This document shows positions 1 to 11,500 of a stretch of 64,000 bases of DNA, one piece after another. Position 1 is the first letter of the stretch; each line of letters begins with the position of its first letter. Origin of the DNA: a virus. A program made the position numbers and the translations under genes. The stretch spans positions 633-64,632 of IMG/VR virus record IMGVR_UViG_3300001199_000007, one strand, 5' to 3'. The notes beneath the pieces are model-generated. The model was not told the origin of the DNA, ran no database searches, and worked only from the letters and a program-made list of their open reading frames with translations.

Positions 1-2
1 AA

Positions 3-221
3 GCCGTGCAGGGCGCCGCGGCGCTGGCCCTGGACGGCGTCCAGCAGGCCCAGCAGCAGTTCGGGCGGGAGTCCAGGTCGATCGGCATGGCGCTGGCCCC
101 AGATCAGCAGGCCGAGGTCGATCGCCAGTTCGCCAGCGTGTCCAACGTGGCCAAGCTCGACGCAATGAACCGGGCGAGCCGCGGCTACGACGATCTCAAG
201 AACCAAATCGCGCTCGGCTGA
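3..221 (+). CDS. 3' end of an internal virion/ejection protein (5'-truncated by the window edge)
   Basis: Open frame from the window start to TGA at 219-221. Ala/Gln-rich helical sequence, directly upstream of other ejection-type genes. Confidence 0.5.
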   Translation, partial: AVQGAAALALDGVQQAQQQFGRESRSIGMALAPDQQAEVDRQFASVSNVAKLDAMNRASRGYDDLKNQIALG

Positions 222-237
222 GCGCAGGAGAACGGAC

Positions 238-498
238 ATGGCGCGCGGACTGATCGAACTGGGGCAGAGCTTCAACGCTTCGGCCATGAAGGCAGGGAAC
301 ACCGCGGTGGCGCTCGAAGCAGCGCGCAACCGCGAGGACGAGATGGCCGAGGGCGCCGAGAAGCAGCAGCGCGTCGGCATGGCACTGAGCGGTGCCGCGG
401 CAGGCGCCCAACTCGGTTCTGCCGCGGGCCCTCCGGGGATGGCCATCGGTGGGGCCATCGGGGCCCTTGCGGGCGCCCTCGGCGCGCGCCTGTTCTGA
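238..498 (+). CDS. Small glycine-zipper membrane-active virion/ejection protein (86 aa)
   Basis: SD GGAG upstream. C-terminal GxxxG/AxxxG zipper GAAAGAQLGSAAGPPGMAIGGAIGALAGALG. Confidence 0.6.
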   Translation: MARGLIELGQSFNASAMKAGNTAVALEAARNREDEMAEGAEKQQRVGMALSGAAAGAQLGSAAGPPGMAIGGAIGALAGALGARLF

Positions 499-512
499 GG
501 AGATCCGACGTG

Positions 513-1067
513 CTAGCCGGTACTGGCGTACTCACCGAACGCGGATCGCGCTGCAGCGACGTAGGCTGCATGGGCCGCTTCTGGCGTGTCGAAGAGACCG
601 AGGTAGGCGTGCTTGCCGCGGACCGTGATGTGCGACTGCCACTTTCCCGTCTTCGGGTGCAGGTATGCGCCCCGAAGTCGCGACGCGCTGTTCGTCCGCA
701 CGCCCTGGTTTTGGCGTTGTTGGTCTTCGTCGGCCAGTCGCAGGTTGCTCAGGACGTTGTGCGCTCGGTCGCGATCAACGTGGTCGACCTCGTGATGCTG
801 GCCGGCGCCGAGAAATGCCTCTCCCATCAAGCGCGAGACGGATCGGGTCGAGGAGACACCGTTGGCGCAAAGTTCGACGCACGGATAGCCGCTGGTGTTC
901 AACCACGTTCGCAGGACTTTCCCAGAGCGCCTCATGTGGCCCAGCCGTGGGTGCTCCACGACTCGGTCCAAAGATCTGACTCGGCCGAGCGTCGATACCT
1001 CGTACCAAGGTTCGATCCACTTCACCGGGGCCCATCGCTCCGGGTAATCCAACGAGGAATCTTCCAT
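513..1067 (-). CDS. Free-standing homing endonuclease, NUMOD4-HNH-AP2 architecture (184 aa)
   Basis: NUMOD4-like WAPVKWIEPWYEVSTLGRVRS; HNH VDHVDRDRAHNVLSNLR; AP2 RGAYLHPKTGKWQSHI..LGLFDTPEAAHAAY. Confidence 0.85.
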   Translation of the reverse strand: MEDSSLDYPERWAPVKWIEPWYEVSTLGRVRSLDRVVEHPRLGHMRRSGKVLRTWLNTSGYPCVELCANGVSSTRSVSRLMGEAFLGAGQHHEVDHVDRDRAHNVLSNLRLADEDQQRQNQGVRTNSASRLRGAYLHPKTGKWQSHITVRGKHAYLGLFDTPEAAHAAYVAAARSAFGEYASTG

Positions 1068-2520
1068 GTCTCGTAATCCTTATGCGAGCGTAGATCCTAT
1101 CGCGGAATTCATGCGCGGCTGGTCCGGCGGCGAGCAGATCCGGCGCGACCTCGAGTCCAGGGGCGATCGCGAACAGGCCCGGCAGGACCGGACCGAGGAC
1201 CGCGAATACACCCGCGGCAGGCGAGCCCGCGAGGTGACCCTGGACCAGCGTGCCGATACGACCTGGAACCAGCAGCAGGCCGAACATGAAGCCAACGCGC
1301 CGCTGCGTGAGGCCCAGCGCAGCGCCGGCATCGCGCTCGCCGAGGACACCGCTCCCAGGATCGAGTACGAGCGCGGCCGCCGTGACCACGAAGTTGCGGG
1401 CCGCATGACCCCAGAACAGCAGCGGCGCGCGAACGAGCTCTCGCTGGAGTCCGGAGAAGGACAGATCCGTCAGCAGGCGGCCACGCTGGAGAACACCAAG
1501 GCAACCACGGCCAACACGCGGGAGACGACGCGCGGATCCAGGCTGCGCAACGACATCACGGCCGAAGTCATCGACCTGGACCGGCAGATCGCGGCGCTCG
1601 ACAGCGGGCAGTTCAAGTCCCTGCAGAATCCGGAGTACCGGCAGACCGCGATGGACCTCTACGAGGACCTCATCCAGGGCAAGGGGCTTCGGGCGCCGGA
1701 CAAGCTCTACGGCTTCATGAACGACACCTTCGCGGACGAGCTCGGTGTCGGAGTCGGCGACAAGGTCGGCGGCACCGATGACGTCATCTCGCAGAAGCGG
1801 ATCTCGGCGCTGTACGAGGATCCCCGGAATCCCGGGAACGTGATGATCGAGCTCGACGTCCGCGCGAAGCGCAAGGACGGCAGCGAGTACGACTACAAGG
1901 CGCCGGTTACAAAGGGACGCAGGAGCGACGAAACCGACGAAATCCAGTCGATCCCCAAGGCCAAGCTGATGGAGCGGCTCCAGGGCGTCGTCGGAGCATC
2001 GCTCGACGTCGAGGCCGGCTTCGACGTCCAGGATCTCCGATCGAAGCTGGTGGCGCGCCGGGATGCCCTGGCGGGATCGGCAGGCCGCGGCGGCCGCGGC
2101 GGGGCCGGCAAGGGCGAGACGGCCTACGAGCGTAACGCGCGCTTCGTCGCGCAGCACAAGTTCGGCGGCGACGTCGAGAAAGCCCTGGACTGGATCAAGG
2201 GCAAGGACTCACGCACGCAGATTGTCGAACTGACAAAGATGCTCTCGGACTTCCAGAAGGACGAGTCGAAGTCGCGTCAGTTGACGCCGGCCCAACTCCT
2301 GCAGCGCGCCGTCGAGATGCAGGCCAGCCTGGCCGGCGGCGATCGCGGCCGCGGCAGCGATGCCGACACCGAACTTGACCCGTCGGCCGCCGGCGAGTCA
2401 GGTCCTGCGGCGCGGGCCGGCGACAGCCGTGCCCCGTCGGGGATGGCGGTCATCGGTCGCACGCCGGATGGCCGCACCGTCTACGAGGACGCCGAGGGCA
2501 ACCAGTTCACCGAGGAGTGA
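1066..2520 (+). CDS. Internal virion (ejection) protein, 484 aa
   Basis: SD GAGGA at 1054-1058. Helical charged N-half. Lies between the glycine-zipper gene and the giant protein; its stop is 1 nt before the giant-gene ATG. Confidence 0.6.
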   Translation: MSRNPYASVDPIAEFMRGWSGGEQIRRDLESRGDREQARQDRTEDREYTRGRRAREVTLDQRADTTWNQQQAEHEANAPLREAQRSAGIALAEDTAPRIEYERGRRDHEVAGRMTPEQQRRANELSLESGEGQIRQQAATLENTKATTANTRETTRGSRLRNDITAEVIDLDRQIAALDSGQFKSLQNPEYRQTAMDLYEDLIQGKGLRAPDKLYGFMNDTFADELGVGVGDKVGGTDDVISQKRISALYEDPRNPGNVMIELDVRAKRKDGSEYDYKAPVTKGRRSDETDEIQSIPKAKLMERLQGVVGASLDVEAGFDVQDLRSKLVARRDALAGSAGRGGRGGAGKGETAYERNARFVAQHKFGGDVEKALDWIKGKDSRTQIVELTKMLSDFQKDESKSRQLTPAQLLQRAVEMQASLAGGDRGRGSDADTELDPSAAGESGPAARAGDSRAPSGMAVIGRTPDGRTVYEDAEGNQFTEE

Positions 2521-2521
2521 C

Positions 2522-5500
2522 ATGGCGCTGAAGCCATACAGCGGGGAGGTCATCAAGGACACCGCGCAGCAGGGGTCGGCGGCGATGAAGCCGTACCGTG
2601 GACCTGTGCTCGAGGACGACGCCGATGCCGCGATCCTGGAAGGCGCAGCGGTCGCCGGCAAGATCGCCACCAACGTGGCCAGGCTCGGGCTCGGTGCCGT
2701 GGATCTCGCGGCCGCGGCAGCGCAGCGTGGCTACCACAACCTCACCCGCAGCGATCTGGACCGCCAGCTCGAGACGAAGCGGTTCGTACCGGCAACGTCG
2801 ATCGAACGACCCCAGGGTGAGCCTGTTGGCGCATTCGACGCCGAGACGGGGCAGCGGGCGGCGCGGCGCGACGCGGCTGAGGTGGCCCGGCCGGCGCAGG
2901 CGCCGCCGGCGCTGTTTTCGGTAACCAACAACACCCCGGCCGGCGAGAAACTCTCCGAGGTCGAGCAGGAACTGGATGAGGCCAAGACGCCGGGGACGCG
3001 CGCCGCGTTCCGCGAGGTCATGGAAGCCGGCCAGGGCGAACCGTCGGAGCTGCGCGCCGCGTACAAGACGGTAAGGGCGATCGCCAGGAATCCGCTGGTG
3101 GCCGGCGAGATGCTGGTGGAGAACGCTGGCCTCTTCGTGCCGACGATGGCGGCGCAGCGCATCGTGGCCTTGCCGACGTACCGCCGCACCTTCACCGCAG
3201 TACTCGACTCGGAGACCAAGAAGCTCGTCGCTTCGAACGTACCCAAGGAGGTCGCCGAGGTCGCGGCGCGCCAGACCGCCACCATCGCCGCGCGCAACGA
3301 GGCGATCCGCGCCGGCGCGCAGGCCGGTCTGTGGACCGAGGTCGGCATGGGCGCCGCCTTCGCCGGGGACCAGGCCTCGCAGACCATCATGGCGATGGAT
3401 CCCAAGGTGCTGGCGAAGTCCCCGGCCTACCAGGAGCTCGTCGAGCAGGGCGTCAGCGAAGAAGACGCCAGGATCCAGCTCGCGAACGAGGCCAGGCTGA
3501 TGGCGGGCCCGATTGCAGGTGCCGCGACCGGGCTGGCATCGAAACTTTCGGGGGCGATCAGCCGCGAGACCGAGATCGTTTCAGGCTTGGGCATGGCGAC
3601 GCGCGGTGTTCTCGGCGGGGTCCTGCGCTTCGGATCGACCGTGGGCAGGGAAACTGCTGAGGAGGCCGCCCAAGAGGCCGGCGAACAAGTCAGCAGCAAC
3701 ATCGGGGCGACGCGCGCGCTGGGCCACGACGTCACCGTGGCGGGCGCTGCCGAGGGTGCCGGCAGCGCCGCAGCGCTCGGAGGGACCCTTGGAGCGGCGG
3801 CGGGGTCGGCGTTCGCTGGCGCTGAAGTGATCCAGCGCGCCATGTCGGAACAAGTTCACACCGCGCAGCCGTCAAGCAGGGTGACGTCGACATCACCAGC
3901 GGGCAAGGATACCGGAGCGGTGTCGCGGCCCATTTCTGACGAAGGTGCCGCCACCATTGGAAGGGGGGCTCATCAGGAAGCCGACATTGGTTCGGCGCTG
4001 GCTCGAATCGAGAGGGACAAGAATGAAGATTCTGAAGAAGCTGCAGGACGCGACAGCAGCGCGCGTACTGTCACCGGAGGAGATGGGAGCAGTCCTGCGC
4101 TATCACCAGGATCAGTTGGAGCAGCAGCGCCAAGTGAGAACCTCTCCGCGGCTGCGGAAGGCACTGGAGCGATTCGACCTATTCCTGATGCCGGCGGCGA
4201 GCAAACTCCTGCACTAGAAGCAGCGGCGAACGAAGCCGCGACATCGCCGAGAAACGATCTGCCGGACCCCTCCGACGCTCAGAAGGAGGCAGGTAATTAC
4301 AGGAAGGGTCACGTCAAGATCCAGGGACTCGACATCAGCATCGAGAATCCCGCTGGGAGCCGGCGACGACCGGAGTGGGGACCTCTCAAGGACCACTACG
4401 GGTACATCCGGGGCACGAAGGGAAGAGACAAGGAGCACATCGACGTCTTCGTCGGTGCGGATACTGATTCGCCGGTCGCCTACGTGGTCGATCAAATCGA
4501 CCCGGAAACGGGGAATTTCGACGAGCACAAGATCATCCTGGGCCAGCGAAGCCTCAAGGATGCGCGCGAGGCCTACCAGCGCAACTACCAGGCTGACTGG
4601 AAGGGACTCGGCAATATCACCGCGGTCCCGGTTCGTGATCTCAGGGAATGGCTGCGGACCCCACAAACCAAGCCGTTCGCCAAGGCGACGCGGCTCAAGG
4701 TGCTCGACGACAAGCGGCTCGCGGATCCCTTGACGCGCCAGCAGCTGTCCGACATGGCCCCGGAAGCGGGCTGGTTCCAGGTCGGCGGCAAGGTGCAGCG
4801 CAGCGGGGACGGCGCCGGCGACTTCGAAGAGGCCATGGGGCGCGGCCACCAGCACGGCGACATCATCGGTCGGACGTCCTGGGTGCCCAATGCGCCGTGG
4901 TTCCCCGAAGTCCAGCAGCGGGCGCCGCTGCCGGGTAACACCAGAGGCACCGCGACGCTCGAAGCGGTCCAGAAGGCGCTGGACGGCCGCCAGATGACGG
5001 CCCCGGAGCGTGCGCACGTGAGGGGCATGCTCGAGCACCTCGACGAGCTCCGGCGCGACTACGAGGCCCACGGCGCGGCCGACGTCGATCCATTCGACCT
5101 CACCGGGGAGATGACCCGCCAGGGGCTCGGCGAGGCCGACGTCAACGATGCCGCTGTGGTCGCGCGCGCGGTAGAGTTGGACGAGGCCGCTGTCGAGCAG
5201 GCGGCGAAGCATTACGAGGCCGATGATCGCGGCTTCATGCAGGCAGTGCGGAGAATCGTCGATGGCCGAGGACAGCAAGAGCAGGGTCAGCAAGCTCGTG
5301 GCGACGGCCAAGGGCGTCAAGGCGCGCAAGGCGAAGAAGGCGGCGCCGGCGTCGCAGGCCAGCCTGGACAAGCTGCGCGAGAAGATGGGGGCCAAGTAGG
5401 TGGAGGCCCGCGTGCTGACGGAGGAACCGGACTTCGATCGGCTCCGGAGTCTGATGCGGGAAGTCGGGATCAAGGGGCCGTACCTGGTGCGGATCGGGTC

Positions 5501-8500
5501 GCAGGTCGAGATCAAGAGTCCGGTACCACGGGACTTCAAGATCGAGCGGTGGCCGCTGCCCCAGCGCTTGAGCTCGAAGCGCAGACCGAAGCGGACCTGA
5601 CCGCGCGCGCGGAGCGCACGCGCGCCGCCGAAGCTCAGGAGAAACAAGACGCTGCGAAGGCCGAGGAGCGCGCACGCGCCGACGTCGAGGCCTCCGACTT
5701 CCGTCTGACCGGCTCGGACCGGCCGGCGGATGTCGCGATGGCAGGCGGGCAGGCAGACCTCATCGGCGCCGCACAGCGGTCGCCAGATCGTGCCGCGATC
5801 GCCGAAGGCGTCAAGCCGATGGTGCAGCGCGAGCAGGCGGCGGCGAGTCGATTCATCGATGCCGCCTCCGAGCAATTCGGAATCACCGCCGAAGAGGCGC
5901 GTCGCGCCATGGATCATCTGGTGAAGACCAAGATGGTCTCCCTGGGCGCCGTCGATGGGCAGTTCAAGCTCAAGGACGGTCGCGTCTGGAACAAGGAGAT
6001 CCTTCGGCGCGCCGCTGATTTGGCACGCGGCCAGACCGACCCGCTGGCGCCCCCTTCATCCGGTTCAGTGAACGAGAAGCCGGCCGCGCCACGTGCCTCG
6101 GACCGTTTCAACGTTCGACCTGCGGCGCAAGAAGGGTGGATGGTGGTAGAGGACCCGCGCGGCGATGGCACCGGCCAGGCCCTCGCACGTTTCAGATTGC
6201 GCCCCGACGGTGGTGCCGGGAAGATCCAGCACTACTTCGAGTCTCCAAGCACGCGTGGACCCGTCGAGGAAGCTGTCGATCGATGGAACCGCGAGCGGAC
6301 GCCCAAGGAGCTCACCAAGGAGGCGCGTGCTGAACTCATCTCGGCTTTCGAGGCCGCTCCGGTAGGGTCCACCATTCGTTACGACGGCAAGGTCTACGAA
6401 CGCACCGGCCCGTCGATTGTGTGGCGACAGCAGGGCGAAGGATTGGGGACGCGAGGTCTGGTCCCATCGTTCTTCGTCGACCACGGCGTCCGGGATCTGC
6501 CGACGCCTCCGACTGCAGCAGCGCCGGCCGAAGCCGCAACAACGACGCCGATCGCTGCAACCGAGCAACCGGAAGCTGCAACCGCCGGCGCCGTGCTGCG
6601 CATCGAGCCCTTCGGCAGCCTCATCGCGGTGCGCGGCGACACCAAGCCGAACAAGGACCGCATCAAGGCGGTCGGTGGCGCCATCTGGAACCGCAAGGCC
6701 GAGGCCTGGACCTTCAAGAAGGAGAAGGAGCCGGCGCTGCGCGCGGCCCTCGCGGATCTCCTCGAGCCTGGCGGCAGCCGTCAATTCATCAACGCGGCCC
6801 CAGCCGGTGCTACGCTCGAATCGTCGGGAGGAAAGGGCGATGGAAAACCCGAGAACGCTGCTGAACCGGAAGGTCTACAAGGCCGAGACGGTGGCCGAGA
6901 TCGAGCGGATGGGCGAACTGGCGAGCCAGATCGCGGACCGCTGGGCGGGCGGCTGGCCGAAGCAGGCCCGGAAGCTCGAAAGCCAGAACCGGCTCCTGCC
7001 GGCGATCAAGGCGCAGATGGAACAGGAACAGCGCGCCCTGGACCTCGAGGCGCAGAACCCGTGGATGGGGGGGATCGAGACGCGCCAGATGGCCGGCGTG
7101 ACGGACGCCCCGCCGGAATAGTCGACGAGCCAGCTGGGGACCACGTCATTTCCGACCAAGACCAGGTCGGCGAGGGCGGCGAGAAGGCCAAGGCCCGCGC
7201 CAACCTTGCCGCGATCGAACTGGTGAAGCGCCTCGAATCCGAGGGGCGCAGCGCCACCCTGGAGGAGCGCCGCGCCCTGGCGCGCTACGTGGGCTGGGGC
7301 GGCCTCAAGGCGATCTTCGATCCCCAGAACAGCAAATGGAGCGATGAACATCTGCGGCTGACGTCGTTGCTCAGCGCCGAGGAATTCGCGGCGGCGCGCG
7401 CCTCGATGCTCGACGCCCATTACACCTCGCTGCCAGTGGTCGACGCGATGTGGGAAGCCGCAGAGGCCATGGGCTTCACCGGCGGCCGCGTCCTCGAACC
7501 GTCGATGGGCGTCGGCAACTTCTTCGGTCGGATGCCGGAAGCGGTGCGCGCGCGCAGCGTGCTCAACGGCGTCGAGCTCGACCGGATCACCGGCCTGATC
7601 GCGAAGCAGCTCTACCAGCGCGCCGACATCGCGGTGGCCACCGGCTTCCAGGACGTCACGTACCCCGAGAACAGTGCGGATCTCGTCATCGGCAACCCGC
7701 CGTTCGGATCCCAGGTGCTCTACGACGCCTCGATGCCGACGGCGACGCGCGGATTCAGCATCCACAACTTCTTCTTCGCCAAAGCAGTGCAGGTCACCAG
7801 GCCCGGCGGCCTCATCACCATGGTGGTGTCGCACAACCTGATGGACCAGGTCGATGCTTCGGCGCGGCAGTGGATCGCGGAGCGTGCGCACCTGCGCGGG
7901 GCGATCCGTTTGCCGTACACCGCGTTCCTGTCCAACGCCGGGACAGAGGTGGTCACAGACGTGCTGTTCCTGCAGAAGGCGATGCCTGGAGAGAAGCCGG
8001 ACACGTCCTGGGTGGAGACGAAGTCGATCACGCTCGAGGCGAAGGACGGCACGCCTCGCGAGTTCAATGTGTCCAGTTACTTCCTGGCAAACCCGCGCAT
8101 GGTGCTGGGACGCCAGGAAGCGACCGGCAAGATGTACGGCCGGCCCGACCAATACAACGTAGCCCCAACCGCAGGGTCCTCGCTCGACGAGCAGTTCCGC
8201 GCAGCCGCGATCGCCGGTCTACCCGAGAAGGTCTACGTCGCGGCGGAGAAGCCGGTCGACGTCGCGGGGATGCGGGACGCCATGGTGCCGGAGACGACCA
8301 AGGTCTACGGCTACTTCATGGACAAGGACGGCGAGACCGTGCTGCAGCGGGTCGCCGACACCTTCGACGGAAAGCCGCAGTCCAAGGTGGTCGAATTCAC
8401 CGACAAGACTTCGCCGCGCCGCGCCGCCGGCATGGTCAAGGTCAAGGAGGCGCTGCGCGAACTGATGCGTGCCGAGATGACCGAAGGCACCTCCAACGCC

Positions 8501-11500
8501 GCCCTGGGCACGCTACGGCAGTCTTTGAACACGATCTACGACGGGTTCGTGAAGCAGTACGGCTACATCAATGCCGCCACGAACCGGCGCGCATTCAGGG
8601 ATGATCCGGATCTGCCGCTGCTGGAATCGCTGGAGCCGAAGTACGACCCCGGGATCTCCAAGGACGTCGCGAAGAAGCGTGACGTTGAAGCCCGGCCGGC
8701 GAGCGCCGGTAAGGCCGACATCTTCAAGAAGCGGGTCCTGCAGCCCACCCTCGAAGTCACCTCGGTTTCTTCGGCCAAGGACGCCCTGATTGCGTCCCTG
8801 AACACGCGCGGCCGCGTCGACCCCGACTACATGGCAGGGATCTACGGCAAGGACTTCGACACGATTGCCGACGAGCTCGGCGATCTCGTGTTCCGTGATC
8901 CCGATGGCGGCACCTGGCAACCCGCGGACGTCTACCTGTCCGGCAACGTCAAGCACAAGCTCAAGGTGGCCAAGGCTGCGGCGGCGAAGTCGCAGGACCT
9001 GCAGCGCAACGTCACCGCGCTGGAAGCGGTTCAGCCGGTCGACGTGCCGGCCATCAAGATCGGTGTCCGTCTCGGCTCGTCCTGGCTGCCGCCATGGGCG
9101 ATTCGGGACTTCGCCAAGAGCATCCTGGGTAATGGCACCAGCGCATACCCGACTTACGTGCGCGCGGTGGGCCGCTGGTCCATCACCATCGAGGGCGCCG
9201 ACCAGGCCGCGAGCATCTCGCGTTGGGGCACAGCGAGAGTCCCCGCCGTCGACGTGATGTCGGCGGTGATGAACAACAAGCAGATCATCGTAAAGGACAA
9301 CGTCGGGACATCTCGCGAGCCCGTCTACGTCGTGAACGAGGCCGAGACCGAGATGGCGCGCGCCCGTGCCGACGACATGGCGGCCAAGTTCCGGGAGTGG
9401 ATCTGGCAGGACGAGAAGCGCCGCACCACGCTGGAGCGGATCTACAATGACGACTACAACACCGATCGCCGCAGGACCTACGACGGCAGCCACCTCACGC
9501 TGCCGGGCTCGTCGCCCGCGATCCAGTTGCGCCCTCACCAGAAGAGCGGGATCTGGCGTGGGGTCATCGAGCGCGCCGAGTTACTCGACCACGTCGTCGG
9601 CGCCGGCAAGACCTTCGAGATGGCCGGCATCGCGATGGAACTGCGCCGGCTCGGCATCGCGCGCAAACCGATGTTCACGGTGCCGAATCACCTGGTCCGG
9701 CAGTGGCGCGACGAGATCTACAAGCTCTACCCGAACGCCAATGTTCTCGCCGCGACCGAAGCCGACTTCGAGAAGGCGAACCGGAAACGCCTCTTCGGGC
9801 GCATCGCCACGGGTGACTGGGATGCCGTGATCGTCGGGCACTCCTCGTTCCAGCGCATCGGGACCCCGAGCGAAATGGAGAAGCAGATCCTCGCCGAGCA
9901 GCTGGAGGAAATCACGCAAGCCATTGAGGCCATAAAGCGTGACCGCGGTGATCGCCACGTCATCCGCGACATGGAGCGCATCAAGCAGAACCTCGCCGCC
10001 AGGATGAAGTTGCTGGCGGAATCCGCCGGCAAGAAGGACGACGTCGTCTCTTTCGATGAGATCGGCGTCGATGCCCTGTTCGTCGACGAAGCGCACCTCT
10101 TCAAGAACCTGTTCTACATGTCGCAGATGCGGGGCATCGCCGGCATGGGTTCCCCAGCGGGGTCCGGTCGCGCGTTCGATCTCTTCGTCAAGACGCAGTA
10201 CCTCAACAAGCGGTACCGCGAGCAGGCCCGCATCGTTTTCGCCACCGGCACGCCGGTCAGCAACTCGCTGGTCGAGATGTATACGATGCAGCGGTACCTC
10301 GCGTGGGACGAGCTCAAGCGCCGCGGCATCAGCACGCTCGATGCCTGGGCCGGCGTCTACGGCGACGTCCAGAACGTGTACGAAGTCCACCCCTCCGGTA
10401 CCGGCTACCGCCTCAAGAGCCGCTTCGCCAAGTTCGTGAACCTGCCGTCGCTGATGGACCTCTACAGGTCGGTCGCCGACGTCGTCACGATGCAGGACCT
10501 CAAGGACCAGGCCAAGGCGGCCGGCGGTCGGTTCCCGGTCCCGAACGTGAAGGGTGGCAAACCCAAGAACGTCGTCGCGGATCGATCTCCGCAACAGATC
10601 CAGTTCTTCGGGGTCCCCGAGTTCAAGCGGGACCGCGACAACGAGATCATGTTCAAGACGCCGTCCGACCTGCGTCCCGAGGAGCGCGTCGACGGCAAGT
10701 GGTGGCTGGTCGGCTCGCCCTACTATCCGGTCAAGGGCGTCGAGAAAGGTACCCAGTACGGCGGTCCTTATGAGAGCGAAGCCGAGGCCAAGGAGCAGGC
10801 CGCAATCCTGATCGAGCAGCCCATCGTGCAATACAACGAGGGCAGCATCCTCTGGAAGTTCGAGCACCTCCGCGAGCTCACCAAGACGACCAAGGGCAAG
10901 GTCAACGCCCTGTCGGTCACCAATGAGGCACGCAAAGCCGGGCTCGACTATCGCCTCATCGACCCCGCGGCACCTGATTTCCCAGGGTCCAAGATCAACC
11001 AGTCCGTCGTGGAGATGAAGCGCATCTACGACGAGTGGAGCGCGGACAAGGGCACTCAACTCGTGTTCTGCGACCTGAGCACGCCGCAGTCCGCGCGTGC
11101 ATCTGCGGCGACCAAGGAGAAGGTCGCCTACGTGCGCGACGGAGACGGCGAGATCAAGCGCGTCAAGGCGACGGTGGCGCCAGTCGATGGTTACCCGGTA
11201 GCGTTTCTGGTGGTGAAGGAAAAGGCTGGCCAGTACCGCGTGCACGACGGTCTCACCGGCGCCGACCTGCGCATCACCGGCACCACCCGTGACGAGGCCG
11301 TGGCCGCACTCAAGTCACGCGTCGGAACTGGCACGGGATGGATCGACGATCTACGCACCAAGTACGGCGAGATCGACGAGGACGCCATCTCCGAATTCAA
11401 GGCGGCGCGCGGCGACGAGAGCGCCGACGACGGTGAGGAGGACAACACGATCACGCTGGGCGACCTGCTTGCCCTTGGCGGGTCCGGGAAGTTCTCGGTG

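Noticed and set aside
775-2157. Long minus-strand ORF (460 aa) and similar antisense ORFs such as 4214-5917, 9581-11245, 52591-53811 and 57020-59026
   Set aside because: Shadow frames of GC-rich genes, with no SD or motifs and opposite well-supported genes.
2360-2521. ORF-track extension of the giant gene to ATG 2360 (5054 aa)
   Set aside because: It overlaps the 3' end of the 1066-2520 gene with an R/P/A-rich shadow sequence. ATG 2522, directly after that gene's stop, is the better start.
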